From a virus (taxonomy: Duplodnaviria; Caudoviricetes), in the IMG/VR virus record IMGVR_UViG_3300037483_000118, positions 1 through 26,214 of that record: 26,214 nt of DNA, one strand, 5' to 3'. The notes below the pieces were generated by a model that was given only the letters and a program-made list of their open reading frames with translations, was not told the origin of the DNA and ran no database searches. The position numbers and the translations under genes were made by a program. Shown here one piece after another: positions 26,005-26,214 of the stretch (position 1 is its first letter; every line of letters starts with the position of its first letter).

Positions 26005-26214
26005 TTATATTAGAGGACATATCCACCACCCAACAGTGGGTGTTCCGGGGCCAGCGCCATAGTATGACGAATAGCCAATAAATACGCCGTTTGAAATGGT
26101 TGCAGACGAATGGTATGCGGCCGATGCAATCCAGAACATGTCCGCAATATTGGTGCCACCCTCAACACCATCTTCACTACCAACATCCGACGCCAACGTG
26201 GTTACTCCGGTGTG
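26005..26214 (-). CDS. 3' end of a partial CDS, possibly a tail receptor-binding protein
   Basis: Frame is open from the window edge (HTGVTTLASDVG...) to TAA; markedly more GC-rich than the rest of the window. Confidence 0.6.
   Translation of the reverse strand, partial: HTGVTTLASDVGSEDGVEGGTNIADMFWIASAAYHSSATISNGVFIGYSSYYGAGPGTPTVGWWICPLI

Noticed and set aside
1-26214. tRNA genes, CRISPR arrays, T7-like phage RNAP promoters, integrase/att sites
   Set aside because: No cloverleaf, regularly spaced repeats, repeated ~20-bp promoter motif or recombinase seen; intergenic space is minimal.

Overview
AT-rich fragment of a tailed dsDNA phage genome, most likely a podovirus. It has two convergent gene blocks that meet at a hairpin terminator (15633-15655), an arrangement resembling LUZ24/phiEco32-type podoviruses. 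The + strand (1-15621) is an early/middle module. It carries an ATP-grasp ligase with an unknown partner gene, a stand-alone primase, a DnaB-like helicase and a minimal RNA-ligase-like nucleotidyltransferase. It also carries a family A DNA polymerase split into two genes, a putative SSB, a 5'-3' exonuclease and a T7 endonuclease I-like resolvase. These are followed by a metallophosphoesterase flanked by two endonuclease VII-type HNH genes, a DUF3310 protein, a MazG-like protein and a class II ribonucleotide reductase. The - strand (15654-26214) is the end of the virion module: a P22 gp10-like tail hub, a tail protein, a GNAT acetyltransferase, three ejection-type proteins and, last, an ADP-ribosyltransferase-like gene. 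Reading the DNA directly added about ten small ORFs missing from the ORF track, two genes that appear to start at AUC/AUU, two near-consensus sigma70 promoters inside coding sequence and two terminators. The most interesting observations are the ART-like gene coupled to the ejection operon, the mini-ORF relay linking the polymerase halves, the non-AUG starts, the N-terminally truncated gp10-like gene and the GC-rich Mtd-like gene end at the right edge. All family assignments come from motif recognition by eye; no searches were run.
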